A DNA stretch of 64,000 bases from a virus. Taxonomy: Duplodnaviria; Caudoviricetes. Positions 18,249-26,602 of this stretch are shown in pieces. The stretch spans positions 1-64,000 of IMG/VR virus record IMGVR_UViG_3300028888_000115, one strand, 5' to 3'. The first letter of the stretch is position 1. Each line of letters opens with the position of its first letter. A program made the translations under genes and the position numbers. Below the pieces are notes generated by a model, which was not told where the DNA came from, searched no databases, and saw only the letters and a program-made list of their open reading frames with translations.

Positions 18249-18395
18249 GCAGCACTGTTTTCAATGAAAGTAATTCTTGGTTATTAGGGTTCAAGGTTGT
18301 TGTTTTTTGGTTATTCCTCTTTGTTATCGGTTGACGTTTATGTTCAAGGTACAAGAAGAAGAAAATTCTTAACAGAACGTCTTTTACAGTGCTGC
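18249..18395 (+). ncRNA. Candidate structured RNA: 10-bp closing stem around GUU-repeat loop
   Basis: GCAGCACTGT (18249-58) / ACAGTGCTGC (18386-95); inner TTCTTG/CAAGAA; periodic GTT units. Confidence 0.55.
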
Positions 18396-18445
18396 GAAAA
18401 CTTAGGCGGCGGCGGAAGTTCGGTTTCAAGCTGCTACATAAAGGA

Positions 18446-18485
18446 ATCCCGCAAGATCCTCAGGACCCTGCGGGATTTTCTTCTT
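18446..18485 (+). terminator. Intrinsic terminator-like hairpin
   Basis: AATCCCGCA / TGCGGGATT followed by T-rich run; between convergent genes. Confidence 0.55.
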
Positions 18486-18696
18486 CAGATGAATCCGGGA
18501 CACAATGGATTATTTCACTGATATCACAGTTCAGCAGGTTACATAGACGAGTCATAATCTCCCATGAAACAAGCTCACCATTGCGTATTTGCTGGACGTA
18601 GCTTTCTCCTATAAGTTTTTCCTTCCTCAAACGATAGGTGGTATACCCTTTGCTTTTGAGGGCAGATAGGACATCGATTTTGTAACGGATTTGCAT
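18460..18696 (-). CDS. Cro/C1-type HTH (HTH_26-like) regulator 1
   Basis: IRYKIDVLSALKSKGYTTYRLRKEKLIGES...RLCNLLNCDISEII; GGAGG RBS. Confidence 0.85.
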   Translation of the reverse strand: MQIRYKIDVLSALKSKGYTTYRLRKEKLIGESYVQQIRNGELVSWEIMTRLCNLLNCDISEIIHCVPDSSEEENPAGS

Positions 18697-18756
18697 AAGC
18701 TTTTCCTCCAAATATGCACGAGATAAAAGTGCACAAAATGCACAAAATAAACACGT

Positions 18757-18806
18757 AAAATTCGTGCATAATGCGAATTGATAAACACGCGAATATCGTG
18801 TATACT
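18757..18806 (+). promoter_or_regulatory. Conserved-box promoter P1
   Basis: AAAATTCGTGCATAATGCGAA-TTGATA-17bp-TATACT. Confidence 0.75.
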
Positions 18807-18872
18807 AACCATGCTGGTGAGAGAGGTAATGAGTTTGAGAGCCCGCTGCGGCGGGAGAAAGTGAGGATAAAG

Positions 18873-19151
18873 ATGCTGAGTAAGAAGGTTGCTGCTGAGA
18901 AGCTGGCTCGCTGGGAAGAACTCTCCGCGCTCGAAAAAGAGATCCTTGCTGAGAAGAGTGCCATCGAGGATGACTTCAAGCAGGAACTCGATCGCAAGGG
19001 CGTCGAGATTCTGGAAGTCGGAAACAAGAAGGTCCGCTGGACCTCTGTGGTGTCCAACCGCTTCGACAGCACCGGCTTCAAAAAGAGTTTTCCTGAGCTC
19101 TACAAGGCTTGGACGAAGGCTGTTCCGTCTCGCCGGTTCTCGATTGGCTGA
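18873..19151 (+). CDS. Hypothetical phage protein
   Basis: RFDSTGFKKSFPELYKAW..VPSRRFSI; first gene after P1. Confidence 0.75.
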   Translation: MLSKKVAAEKLARWEELSALEKEILAEKSAIEDDFKQELDRKGVEILEVGNKKVRWTSVVSNRFDSTGFKKSFPELYKAWTKAVPSRRFSIG

Positions 19152-19381
19152 TGACTGAGATAGACACTTGGGTTGGCGGGTGCAAGGTCCGGGCGTTCGA
19201 TTGGATCGACGGAAAAAGCATTTACATAAACGTCCGGTACTTTGCCCCGGGGCAATCACTTGAACGATCTCCTGCGATGGAGCGGTCGGTGTTGATTCCG
19301 AAGACGCCGGAGAACGAAGACAGGATGAGGACTCATCTTCACAGTATTGTGGATGGGATCATGAAAGGAGCGACGCGATGA
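19151..19381 (+). CDS. Hypothetical protein
   Basis: Translationally coupled. Confidence 0.7.
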   Translation: MTEIDTWVGGCKVRAFDWIDGKSIYINVRYFAPGQSLERSPAMERSVLIPKTPENEDRMRTHLHSIVDGIMKGATR

Positions 19382-19635
19382 AGTTCGTTTGCGAGTTTAT
19401 CGGCGGTCCGATGGCCGGTAAGATGCCTCTGGAAGATGCGGAAAAGCTGACTGACAAGCGGAGCGCCGACTGGAGCAAGGACCGCGCGAGGGGCGGTCTG
19501 GTGCCGCGTGTCGAACTGGACAACCGTCCGAAGTTCAAGGATTATGCCGGTCCGATGTGGGACGGCGAGCGTCCTGGAGGAATCGCGATCCTGCGGTACG
19601 AGAGCTGGCCGGTGTATGACATGCTGAGCCGTTAA
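19378..19635 (+). CDS. Hypothetical protein
   Basis: AAAGGAG RBS; ATGA overlap. Confidence 0.7.
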   Translation: MKFVCEFIGGPMAGKMPLEDAEKLTDKRSADWSKDRARGGLVPRVELDNRPKFKDYAGPMWDGERPGGIAILRYESWPVYDMLSR

Positions 19636-19649
19636 GGAGGGAACTGCTG

Positions 19650-20150
19650 ATGAAAGAAGTGTTCGGGTGCGAATTTCTGACCGAGCGTCAGGAAATCGGG
19701 AAGGCCATGAATTTCGGCAAGTATCCTGTTCTCTGGATGGATATTGGAAATCCGAAAAAGGTCATCACAGAGGGTGATCATTACACTGGATGCAAGGCAC
19801 GGTTTGCCTATCAGACGCGAAGCTGCGGAGAACTGATCTACAGCGGAACACTGGACATGTACGCCGACGAGCAGAAGCCGGAAGTGAGATATGCGCCGTG
19901 GCTTTGGGATCACATCCATCTGTCGAGCTGGGGGTCCTGCGTAAAAGCTGACTTCGGATACAGCGACGTGATGGAAGATCTGGAAAACGCCATGGCACCG
20001 ATGATTCAGCCGGGTCAAGAGGTCGTCGTCGTGTTCAAAAACGAGGTGAAGAAGAGTGTGTCCGTGCGAAAAATGGTCACGAGCAGCCGCGTCGATCCGC
20101 ATTGCTCTTCTATGATGATGATCGAAAACAGGAAGAAGACCGAGGAGTGA
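19650..20150 (+). CDS. Hypothetical protein
   Basis: AAGGAGG RBS. Confidence 0.75.
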   Translation: MKEVFGCEFLTERQEIGKAMNFGKYPVLWMDIGNPKKVITEGDHYTGCKARFAYQTRSCGELIYSGTLDMYADEQKPEVRYAPWLWDHIHLSSWGSCVKADFGYSDVMEDLENAMAPMIQPGQEVVVVFKNEVKKSVSVRKMVTSSRVDPHCSSMMMIENRKKTEE

Positions 20151-20180
20151 CCTCCTCGCAGAACCGGAAAGGAGAGCGCG

Positions 20181-20360
20181 ATGAAGAAAGCAAAACGGTA
20201 TGAGTCCGGATATGCCTTCTGGCTGGATCTGGTCATTCAGTTTGGAAAAAATGGGGCGGTAAAGGTCGCAAATAACTACTTTGACTGCCCGGTCGCCGAT
20301 GGAGATACCGAAGAGGCCCAGTTCCGCGAGGAACTGCGAGACGCGATGACAGCGTGCTGA
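20181..20360 (+). CDS. Small hypothetical protein (59 aa)
   Basis: AAAGGAG RBS; hand-translated MKKAKRYESGYAFWLDLV... Confidence 0.6.
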   Translation: MKKAKRYESGYAFWLDLVIQFGKNGAVKVANNYFDCPVADGDTEEAQFREELRDAMTAC

Positions 20361-20373
20361 AAGGAGAAAAAGA

Positions 20374-20613
20374 ATGACCTGCTGCGGGAAATGCGCTCAC
20401 TGCAAGAGAAGTCTGGCGACTCGGTACGATCCGCCTGAGAGCTGGTGCGAACTGAAACGCGAAGAGTTCGAGATGGATGACGACGAGTACGAAGCGGAGC
20501 TGGCGGAAAAGTACGGTGTCGAGTGGTACGATGTCGCAATCGTCGAGTGTGAAGACTTCTTGGATGAGGACGATATTGCTTGGCTCCGCGCAGACTCGCG
20601 TGGCGATGATTGA
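20374..20613 (+). CDS. Small acidic Cys-containing protein
   Basis: CCGKCAHC; D/E-rich. Confidence 0.65.
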   Translation: MTCCGKCAHCKRSLATRYDPPESWCELKREEFEMDDDEYEAELAEKYGVEWYDVAIVECEDFLDEDDIAWLRADSRGDD

Positions 20614-20631
20614 GAAGGGAGGACGAACAAG

Positions 20632-20838
20632 ATGGATGAAGCATACATGACCGGAATCAAGGATGTGGAGCCGTGGATGGTAGAAAAGGCCAGACAGCAT
20701 TCGAGCGATGACCTGAAAAGCTGGATCTGGTCCGAAGTGTCCGGTGGCTCGCCTGTGCCGATGTGTCTGTCGGTGGAATCTCTGAGGATCGTCCTGAGAG
20801 AGCGCGGCGAAGATGGAAAGGGGTGGCACAACACGTGA
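20632..20838 (+). CDS. Hypothetical protein
   Basis: GGGAGG RBS. Confidence 0.65.
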   Translation: MDEAYMTGIKDVEPWMVEKARQHSSDDLKSWIWSEVSGGSPVPMCLSVESLRIVLRERGEDGKGWHNT

Positions 20839-21251
20839 ATCAGGAGCAAAAGGCCTATGCAATGGCAAGAGCAGCGTATCAGCTTGCCAAAGACGAGATC
20901 AAACGGTACGAGCAGGATTTCATCGTCCGTGAGAACGTGCACAATCAGGACGGAAGCGTCCCTGATCAAATCTGGGCACTTGATACGGACTTTGACGAGG
21001 ATTACTTCGATGCGCTCTGTGACAAGCTTGATTCGGAAGATGCCTTCAAAGCTCTTTGCAACGCAGAGACCGAGGCCTACAAGAAGCTTCAGGCCGCAGA
21101 AGATCGTCTGATTGATTTCAGCCTGTCTCTTCCGATGCCGGAGAGCGTGCGTCGGACGCTTCAGGAGCACCGGAAAGAATACAAGATCCGGGACCGGCTG
21201 ATCGATCTTGCCTTCCGGCTGGATACAAGAACCGTGAAAGCGAGGACGTAA
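20835..21251 (+). CDS. Acidic helical hypothetical protein
   Basis: GTG overlap start; D/E-rich. Confidence 0.7.
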   Translation: MNQEQKAYAMARAAYQLAKDEIKRYEQDFIVRENVHNQDGSVPDQIWALDTDFDEDYFDALCDKLDSEDAFKALCNAETEAYKKLQAAEDRLIDFSLSLPMPESVRRTLQEHRKEYKIRDRLIDLAFRLDTRTVKART

Positions 21252-21252
21252 A

Positions 21253-21456
21253 ATGGAAAACGAAGACATGATCAGCACCAAGAATCCGGAACCGTTTGTC
21301 ATCCACGAGGAATACTACCAGCCTTCCGAAAGAGCGCCTATCTTCGACGACCTGGAAGCTCTCTTGGAAGGAGCAGCAAAGCTCCACGAAGCGCATGATT
21401 TCGGTCACGCGGTCGGCCTGGTCTATCTTGCACTGGAAAAGGTGCGCTCAGTCTGA
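21253..21456 (+). CDS. Hypothetical protein
   Basis: GAGG RBS. Confidence 0.6.
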   Translation: MENEDMISTKNPEPFVIHEEYYQPSERAPIFDDLEALLEGAAKLHEAHDFGHAVGLVYLALEKVRSV

Positions 21457-21684
21457 AGACGCGGCCTTTTCAATTTTGGAGTCCGGGACGTATTCGATAA
21501 GCTTTCCGGGTTGCTTGCCAGTGATAGCGCAGATCCGGTCAAGCGTATCAAACGAGATGGACTTGCTCTCCTGAATGTTCCGGACGGTTTGAACGCCGAT
21601 AATCTTTTCGCGGCGCAGACGATAGGTGGAATACCCGCAATCCTTCAAAAGCTGGATCGGGTCAACACGCCAACGTATAGCCAA
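21448..21684 (-). CDS. Cro/C1-type HTH (HTH_26-like) regulator 2
   Basis: AGGAGGTG RBS plus TTG; IRWRVDPIQLLKDCGYSTYRLRREKII..TLDRICAITGKQPGKLIEYVPD; paralog of 18460 gene. Confidence 0.85.
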   Translation of the reverse strand: MAIRWRVDPIQLLKDCGYSTYRLRREKIIGVQTVRNIQESKSISFDTLDRICAITGKQPGKLIEYVPDSKIEKAASSD

Positions 21685-21710
21685 TATATCACCTCCTGTA
21701 AGGGTATATA

Positions 21711-21744
21711 TACTAATTTTAGTACATAAACGAAATTTTGTCAA
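21711..21744 (-). promoter_or_regulatory. Promoter of HTH regulator 2 with palindrome over -10
   Basis: Minus TTGACA-17bp-TAAAAT; TACTAATTTTAGTA palindrome 21711-24. Confidence 0.7.
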
Positions 21745-21782
21745 CCTAACAGTTCGTCTGAATGTATATTTGAGAAGAGGAT

Positions 21783-23177
21783 GTGCGCGCTACAATGGGC
21801 GAAAACAAATTAATTATCAAAGACCACAATCTTGAGGCCTATGACAGAGTGAGAAGACGATTTGAGAAAAGCAAGAGAACGTGTGTCATCAACGCTACCG
21901 GCACAGGTAAAGCTTACATTGCGCTTCAATGCATGCGTGACTATCATGGCAAGAAAATATATATTACATCGTATATGGCAAATCTGAAAGAGTTCCAAGA
22001 AAAAGCGAACATATATCTCGGTGAAACAAACACAGATTTCTTGATCTATGCAGGAGTCAAAAACTATCTCCCAAAACTACGAAAAATGGAGCTGAAGCCA
22101 GAACTTATCATTTTGGATGAATTTCACAGGGCTGGGGCAAAAAAATGGGGAGAAAATTTGAAGAAGATGTTAGCGGCCTGCCCAAACGCAAAGGTTTTGG
22201 GATTAACAGCAACTGAAATACGTTATCTTGACAACGAACGAGATATGGCTAATGAGTTATTCAATTCTGATATAGCTTATAGATTGCCATTAGACGAGGC
22301 ACTAATGAGAGGAATTCTTCCAGAACCTCAGTATTCTGTTTGCATTTACTATGACGACGAAGTTGAAAAAATGGAAAGGCTGATACAAGAGGGAAAGGTT
22401 GCTGACATTGAGAAGTCCAAAAAGATTTTAATGGCTGCAAAAAAATACCTCGAACACACAAAAGGGATTGCCGACTACTTTGATGAGATGATGCAAAACA
22501 AAAATGGAAAGTATATTGTCTTTTGTCAAGACTATAAGCACCTCCAAAGGATGAAAGAAGAAAGCCGGAATTGGTTTCATCATAGAGAAGTTCATTATTA
22601 TGAAATGTACTCAGACGACGACATGGCATATGAAAACATGAAGCAATTCGAAAAAGATAACAGCAATCTGCTAAGGCTGCTTTTTGTGATATCAATGCTG
22701 AATGAGGGGGTGCATATAGATGGAGTGGATGGCTGCATTTTGCTTCGCACAACGAAAAGCGCAAATGTCTACTTTCAGCAGATCGGTAGAGCGTTAAGTA
22801 CTAACCGGCACGAATCACCGCTTATCTTGGATGTTGTGAACAATGCAGAGAATCTCAATCAGGCAAATCATTTTTGGACCGGCGTTCGCAAGAAAGCGGG
22901 AAAGAAAGCAAAAAGAAAATCAGGTCGGCAACCAGAATTTCACGTCAGCGTTTTTGGAGAAAACAAAGATCTGGCGTTGCTAATCGAGGAGTTCTACCGG
23001 CTCAAGCAAGATGATGATAACTGGAGTGAAGAAGAATTAAACATTCTCAAAAAAGAATTTCCAAAAATAGGAAGAGCCGTTTTCTTCTATTTAGAAAAGA
23101 AGACGCCGTTCGAATGCTATAAAAAGGCAAAAGAGCTTGGACTTCCTACAGGATATGCAACATTAAGCTTTAGGTAA
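21783..23177 (+). CDS. Stand-alone SF2 (DEAD/DEAH, ResIII-like) helicase
   Basis: ATGTGKA, LDEFHR, GLTAT, LNEGVHIDGVD, FQQIGRAL; visibly AT-richer than flanks. Confidence 0.88.
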   Translation: MRATMGENKLIIKDHNLEAYDRVRRRFEKSKRTCVINATGTGKAYIALQCMRDYHGKKIYITSYMANLKEFQEKANIYLGETNTDFLIYAGVKNYLPKLRKMELKPELIILDEFHRAGAKKWGENLKKMLAACPNAKVLGLTATEIRYLDNERDMANELFNSDIAYRLPLDEALMRGILPEPQYSVCIYYDDEVEKMERLIQEGKVADIEKSKKILMAAKKYLEHTKGIADYFDEMMQNKNGKYIVFCQDYKHLQRMKEESRNWFHHREVHYYEMYSDDDMAYENMKQFEKDNSNLLRLLFVISMLNEGVHIDGVDGCILLRTTKSANVYFQQIGRALSTNRHESPLILDVVNNAENLNQANHFWTGVRKKAGKKAKRKSGRQPEFHVSVFGENKDLALLIEEFYRLKQDDDNWSEEELNILKKEFPKIGRAVFFYLEKKTPFECYKKAKELGLPTGYATLSFR

Positions 23178-23205
23178 AATCACAAAACGCATAAAAATAA
23201 GCACA

Positions 23206-23255
23206 AATATTTGTACACAATGCGAATAGAAAAAGAGACGAAAATGTGGTAATAT
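23206..23255 (+). promoter_or_regulatory. Conserved-box promoter P2
   Basis: AATATTTGTACACAATGCGAA-TAGAAA-17bp-TAATAT, TGn extension; operator copy at 23293-23308. Confidence 0.7.
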
Positions 23256-23333
23256 ATAGACGCTGGCGGGGCCAGTAATTTGATGCCTGATAGATGCTGC
23301 GAAGCATTCGCCAAAGGCTGATTGGAGGACTCA

Positions 23334-23522
23334 ATGAGAAGGAAACTGTTCGCCGCTTCCGGTTCGTGTTCCGCCGAGGAAAAGATCATTGAGGGCCGCG
23401 TAGTAAATCAGATCACGTTTGTCAGCAACGAGTTCACGGGGACAATGGACGGGCAAGGCTTTTGGGATGATCTGGCAAAGCTGGCGCGGGAAAAAGGAAA
23501 GTATATCAGGCTGGTGTACTGA
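23334..23522 (+). CDS. Small hypothetical protein
   Basis: GGAGG RBS. Confidence 0.65.
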   Translation: MRRKLFAASGSCSAEEKIIEGRVVNQITFVSNEFTGTMDGQGFWDDLAKLAREKGKYIRLVY

Positions 23523-23549
23523 GACAAGCTGCTGCGAAGGAGGATAGCG

Positions 23550-23930
23550 ATGCTGGAAAAGAAAGAGGATCTGTTCATTGGCCAGTTTCCCGGATGCCTT
23601 GTCTTTGCGGACAAGACGGTCAATGAGAACGGGGATTACAAGGATCTGGCCCGTGTTTCTCATGCTGGGAACAAAACATACAGCGTCAATCCGGCTTCGC
23701 TGCCGGACTGGGTCAAGAAGATCATCGATGATCAGGCCGAACAAAAGAAGATGGAGTGGCAGGGATACGTCCGGCGTGAAATCGGCGGGCGTCCTGGGCC
23801 CTTCTACGAAAAGATGCTTGACGCGCTGCCGCTGACAGTGTTCGCAGACTGGGTGACCACCAAGCGAAAGGGCATGACCATCGAGGAATGCTGCCGGGAG
23901 CTTCTGCCGATCTACGAGAAATACTGCTGA
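23550..23930 (+). CDS. Hypothetical protein
   Basis: AAGGAGG RBS. Confidence 0.7.
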   Translation: MLEKKEDLFIGQFPGCLVFADKTVNENGDYKDLARVSHAGNKTYSVNPASLPDWVKKIIDDQAEQKKMEWQGYVRREIGGRPGPFYEKMLDALPLTVFADWVTTKRKGMTIEECCRELLPIYEKYC

Positions 23931-23945
23931 GGGAGGGACTCTGTG

Positions 23946-24194
23946 ATGGAAGGAGCAGGCTATGAGGTCCGGTATCTGGTACCGACTGCGGAGGGAAACC
24001 AGAAAGAGCACTCCCTGACGGTTGGAAGCTATCAGGAATACGCGGGCACGATCAACATGTGCAAGAAGCTTGGATACAAGCTGGTCATCAATCCGATGTG
24101 CACCAGATGCGCCAGTCTCGGGCATGACTGTCATGGTGAGGCCAATCACGTCTACACCGGCTGCGTGTCTCGCAGGGTTGCAAGACATGTTTGA
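23946..24194 (+). CDS. Small Cys-motif protein, paralog 1
   Basis: NPMCTRCASLGHDCHGEANHVYTGCVSR. Confidence 0.7.
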   Translation: MEGAGYEVRYLVPTAEGNQKEHSLTVGSYQEYAGTINMCKKLGYKLVINPMCTRCASLGHDCHGEANHVYTGCVSRRVARHV

Positions 24195-24423
24195 GTTCCA
24201 CTATGAATATCTGTGCGCTGCCGGGTGGCGTGAGGAAAAGGTCAAACAAATTGAGAGTTATGCGCAACTTGACGATCTGACGGCGGAGTGCCAGAAGAGA
24301 GGATGGACGATTCTCGAAAATCCGATTTGCCGGAGCTGCGCCAAGTTTCCGGAAGAATGTCCGGGAACGAGAAATCACATCTGGACAGGATGCGTCAACA
24401 GGAAAGAGAGGGTGAACACATGA
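24187..24423 (+). CDS. Small Cys-motif protein, paralog 2
   Basis: NPICRSCAKFPEECPGTRNHIWTGCVNR. Confidence 0.7.
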   Translation: MFEFHYEYLCAAGWREEKVKQIESYAQLDDLTAECQKRGWTILENPICRSCAKFPEECPGTRNHIWTGCVNRKERVNT

Positions 24424-25475
24424 CGGAGAAAGAAATGCGGGCAGAGATGACGGAAAAGATGCTGAGTGGGGAAGGAAGGGTCTATCTGGATGCGATCACT
24501 TGGAAGTCCGACCGTCTCCAGTGGCTTCTGAAGGAATCGGAGACGAGAAACAAGAAACTCTCCGAGGTGACCGGGATCAGGGAGAGCTCTCTGAAGATGT
24601 ACGAGTCCGGATGGGCAAAGCCGGGGCTTGGGGCGATCATCAAGCTTGCGGACTATTTCCACGTTCCGGTGGATTTCCTGCTTGGCCGGTGCTCGGAGCG
24701 GGAGGATAATGAAATCTTCGAGCACTTCGCGGACTATTTCAGGGTCCTGCGAGACGCGTCTTATGACGCATATCTGATCAACAAGTACGCCGGTGACGAC
24801 TACATCAAGAGCGATAAGGTCTTCTCATGGCCGTACAACTTGGTAGAGAACATCTACCGCGTGGAGGGAAACGAGGCGGTGGAATGCAGCCTTGACGGTC
24901 TCAAAGAAGCGATCTCTACTCTGACAGACAGAGAACAGCGCATTGTTTACATGAGGTATCGGGAGGACATGACGCTGGATGAGATTGCGGCAGAAGAACA
25001 GGTAGGCCGCGAAAGAGTCCGGCAGATCCTTGCAAAAGCGTGCAGGAAGCTACGACATCCTACCAGAATTCGCCTGATCCAGTACGGGATTGCCGGGACG
25101 GAGAAGCTTCGTGAGCTTCGGGACAGGGAGCGAGAAATCGTCGCCCGGGAGCAGGAACTTGATGACCGGGAGGCCGCGATTGCGGAGCGTGAAAAGGCGC
25201 AGGGCGTCCCAGTGCCGGAAAAAAAGGAACCGGCAAAGCCGGATGAACCGCTGAGCAACCTGCGGCACGAGATTGAGGATTACGACCTGTCGGTCCGGTC
25301 CTACAACTGCCTGAAGCGAGCCGGATGCAAAACCATGGAGGACGTTGCGAAGGTGGCGGAAAGCGGGGGCCTGCTGAGAATCCGGAACATGGGCAGACGG
25401 TCGGCAGAAGAAGTGCTTGGGGTTCTGAAGGAAAAGTGCGGGCTCGATTACTCGGCTCTCTACTTTGCAGCCTGA
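24420..25475 (+). CDS. XRE HTH - sigma70 region 4 - RNAP alpha-CTD fusion protein
   Basis: IIKLADYFHVPVDFLLGR; LTDREQRIV..MTLDEIA..VGRERVRQILAKACRKLRHP; IEDYDLSVRSYNCLKRAG..IRNMGRRSAEEV. Confidence 0.88.
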   Translation: MTEKEMRAEMTEKMLSGEGRVYLDAITWKSDRLQWLLKESETRNKKLSEVTGIRESSLKMYESGWAKPGLGAIIKLADYFHVPVDFLLGRCSEREDNEIFEHFADYFRVLRDASYDAYLINKYAGDDYIKSDKVFSWPYNLVENIYRVEGNEAVECSLDGLKEAISTLTDREQRIVYMRYREDMTLDEIAAEEQVGRERVRQILAKACRKLRHPTRIRLIQYGIAGTEKLRELRDREREIVAREQELDDREAAIAEREKAQGVPVPEKKEPAKPDEPLSNLRHEIEDYDLSVRSYNCLKRAGCKTMEDVAKVAESGGLLRIRNMGRRSAEEVLGVLKEKCGLDYSALYFAA

Positions 25476-25492
25476 GAAGGGAGAAAACGCAG

Positions 25493-26155
25493 ATGAGGAA
25501 ATTCTGGTTTTCTGACAAGGACAAGAATCTGTTTTCCAGAGAGTTTGAATCTTTCAACGAAGCGGAGAACTATGCGGAGGAAAACGGGTTTCAGTATTAT
25601 TGCCCGTCCATTTACCGGTGCAGGAAGCTTGCACAGAAACGGATGGAAGAATACGGTGACACGAAGTACACGGTCTTCACGGTTCCTCATCTATACTGCG
25701 GTGACTGCAGATATAACGGGCGGAACTGCAAGCGTGTGGACCACGACGGCGTCAAGTTTCACAAGTCGCCGTTCCAATCATACCACGGCGGCGAGCATCA
25801 TATCCCATGCCGTGATTTCGAGCCGAGATTTCCGCACTATGCAATGTACAGGGATCTCTGGCAGGGATTTAATGATTGCTGGCCTGTCTATGTGGACGCG
25901 TGGCTCGGGTGCAGAGAGCCGAAAGAACTGACGTTCCATCTCGGAGACGATTTTGACACGGACTATGCGGTGCCGTTCAACCTGTTCTTCTACGGCGGGA
26001 TGATTCAGGACGGCGTCCTGATGGCAACAGAAAAGCGGACGACGGTTCGCGACAAGGTGGATCTCGGGGTCCAGCTTTATAAAATCAAGAGGACGCCGAT
26101 TGGAGGCGTCGTGATCAAAACCGGCGAGTGTCTTCCGGTAAAGGAACCGACATGA
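25493..26155 (+). CDS. Hypothetical Cys/His-rich protein
   Basis: GGGAG RBS; YCGDCRY, HHIPCRDF. Confidence 0.7.
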   Translation: MRKFWFSDKDKNLFSREFESFNEAENYAEENGFQYYCPSIYRCRKLAQKRMEEYGDTKYTVFTVPHLYCGDCRYNGRNCKRVDHDGVKFHKSPFQSYHGGEHHIPCRDFEPRFPHYAMYRDLWQGFNDCWPVYVDAWLGCREPKELTFHLGDDFDTDYAVPFNLFFYGGMIQDGVLMATEKRTTVRDKVDLGVQLYKIKRTPIGGVVIKTGECLPVKEPT

Positions 26156-26364
26156 GAAAGATAACGACAGGGGTAGCGATTGCGATTTTCTCGGATATCC
26201 GGACGGAACGGTATACGACAGAAGAGAAAATGCGGGCCATTGAAATTGTGCTGGGGCTGAATCGAAACGGCGAAGTCCGGAAAACGGCTGCATTTGATGT
26301 GATAAAGTGGCTTATGGAACAGAATAACGTGGAGGGTATCAGAAGTGACAATCAAGGGGAATGA
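26152..26364 (+). CDS. Hypothetical protein
   Basis: Coupled start. Confidence 0.6.
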   Translation: MRKITTGVAIAIFSDIRTERYTTEEKMRAIEIVLGLNRNGEVRKTAAFDVIKWLMEQNNVEGIRSDNQGE

Positions 26365-26602
26365 CGTAATCTATCTGTCGGACCGGCAGTATGTGGCGGT
26401 CACCCACAATCCGTTCGGGATGGGGATGCGGTACAACGTGTACCGGAAAAAGAACTATCCATTGGGCGGAACCGGCTGGGAGTACCAGGACTCCTTCGAC
26501 ACGGTCTACGAGGCGGTTGGATACGCAAAGATGATGGTAGACATCCCTGTCGAATGGGAGCCAAAAACCTACCAAGATTGGGGGGTGCTCCTGCATGGGT
26601 GA
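26345..26602 (+). CDS. Hypothetical protein
   Basis: GGAGG RBS plus GTG. Confidence 0.65.
   Translation: MTIKGNDVIYLSDRQYVAVTHNPFGMGMRYNVYRKKNYPLGGTGWEYQDSFDTVYEAVGYAKMMVDIPVEWEPKTYQDWGVLLHG

Noticed and set aside
18249-18395. DGR template repeat (minus strand is AAC-rich)
   Set aside because: No reverse transcriptase and no matching variable repeat found in the window
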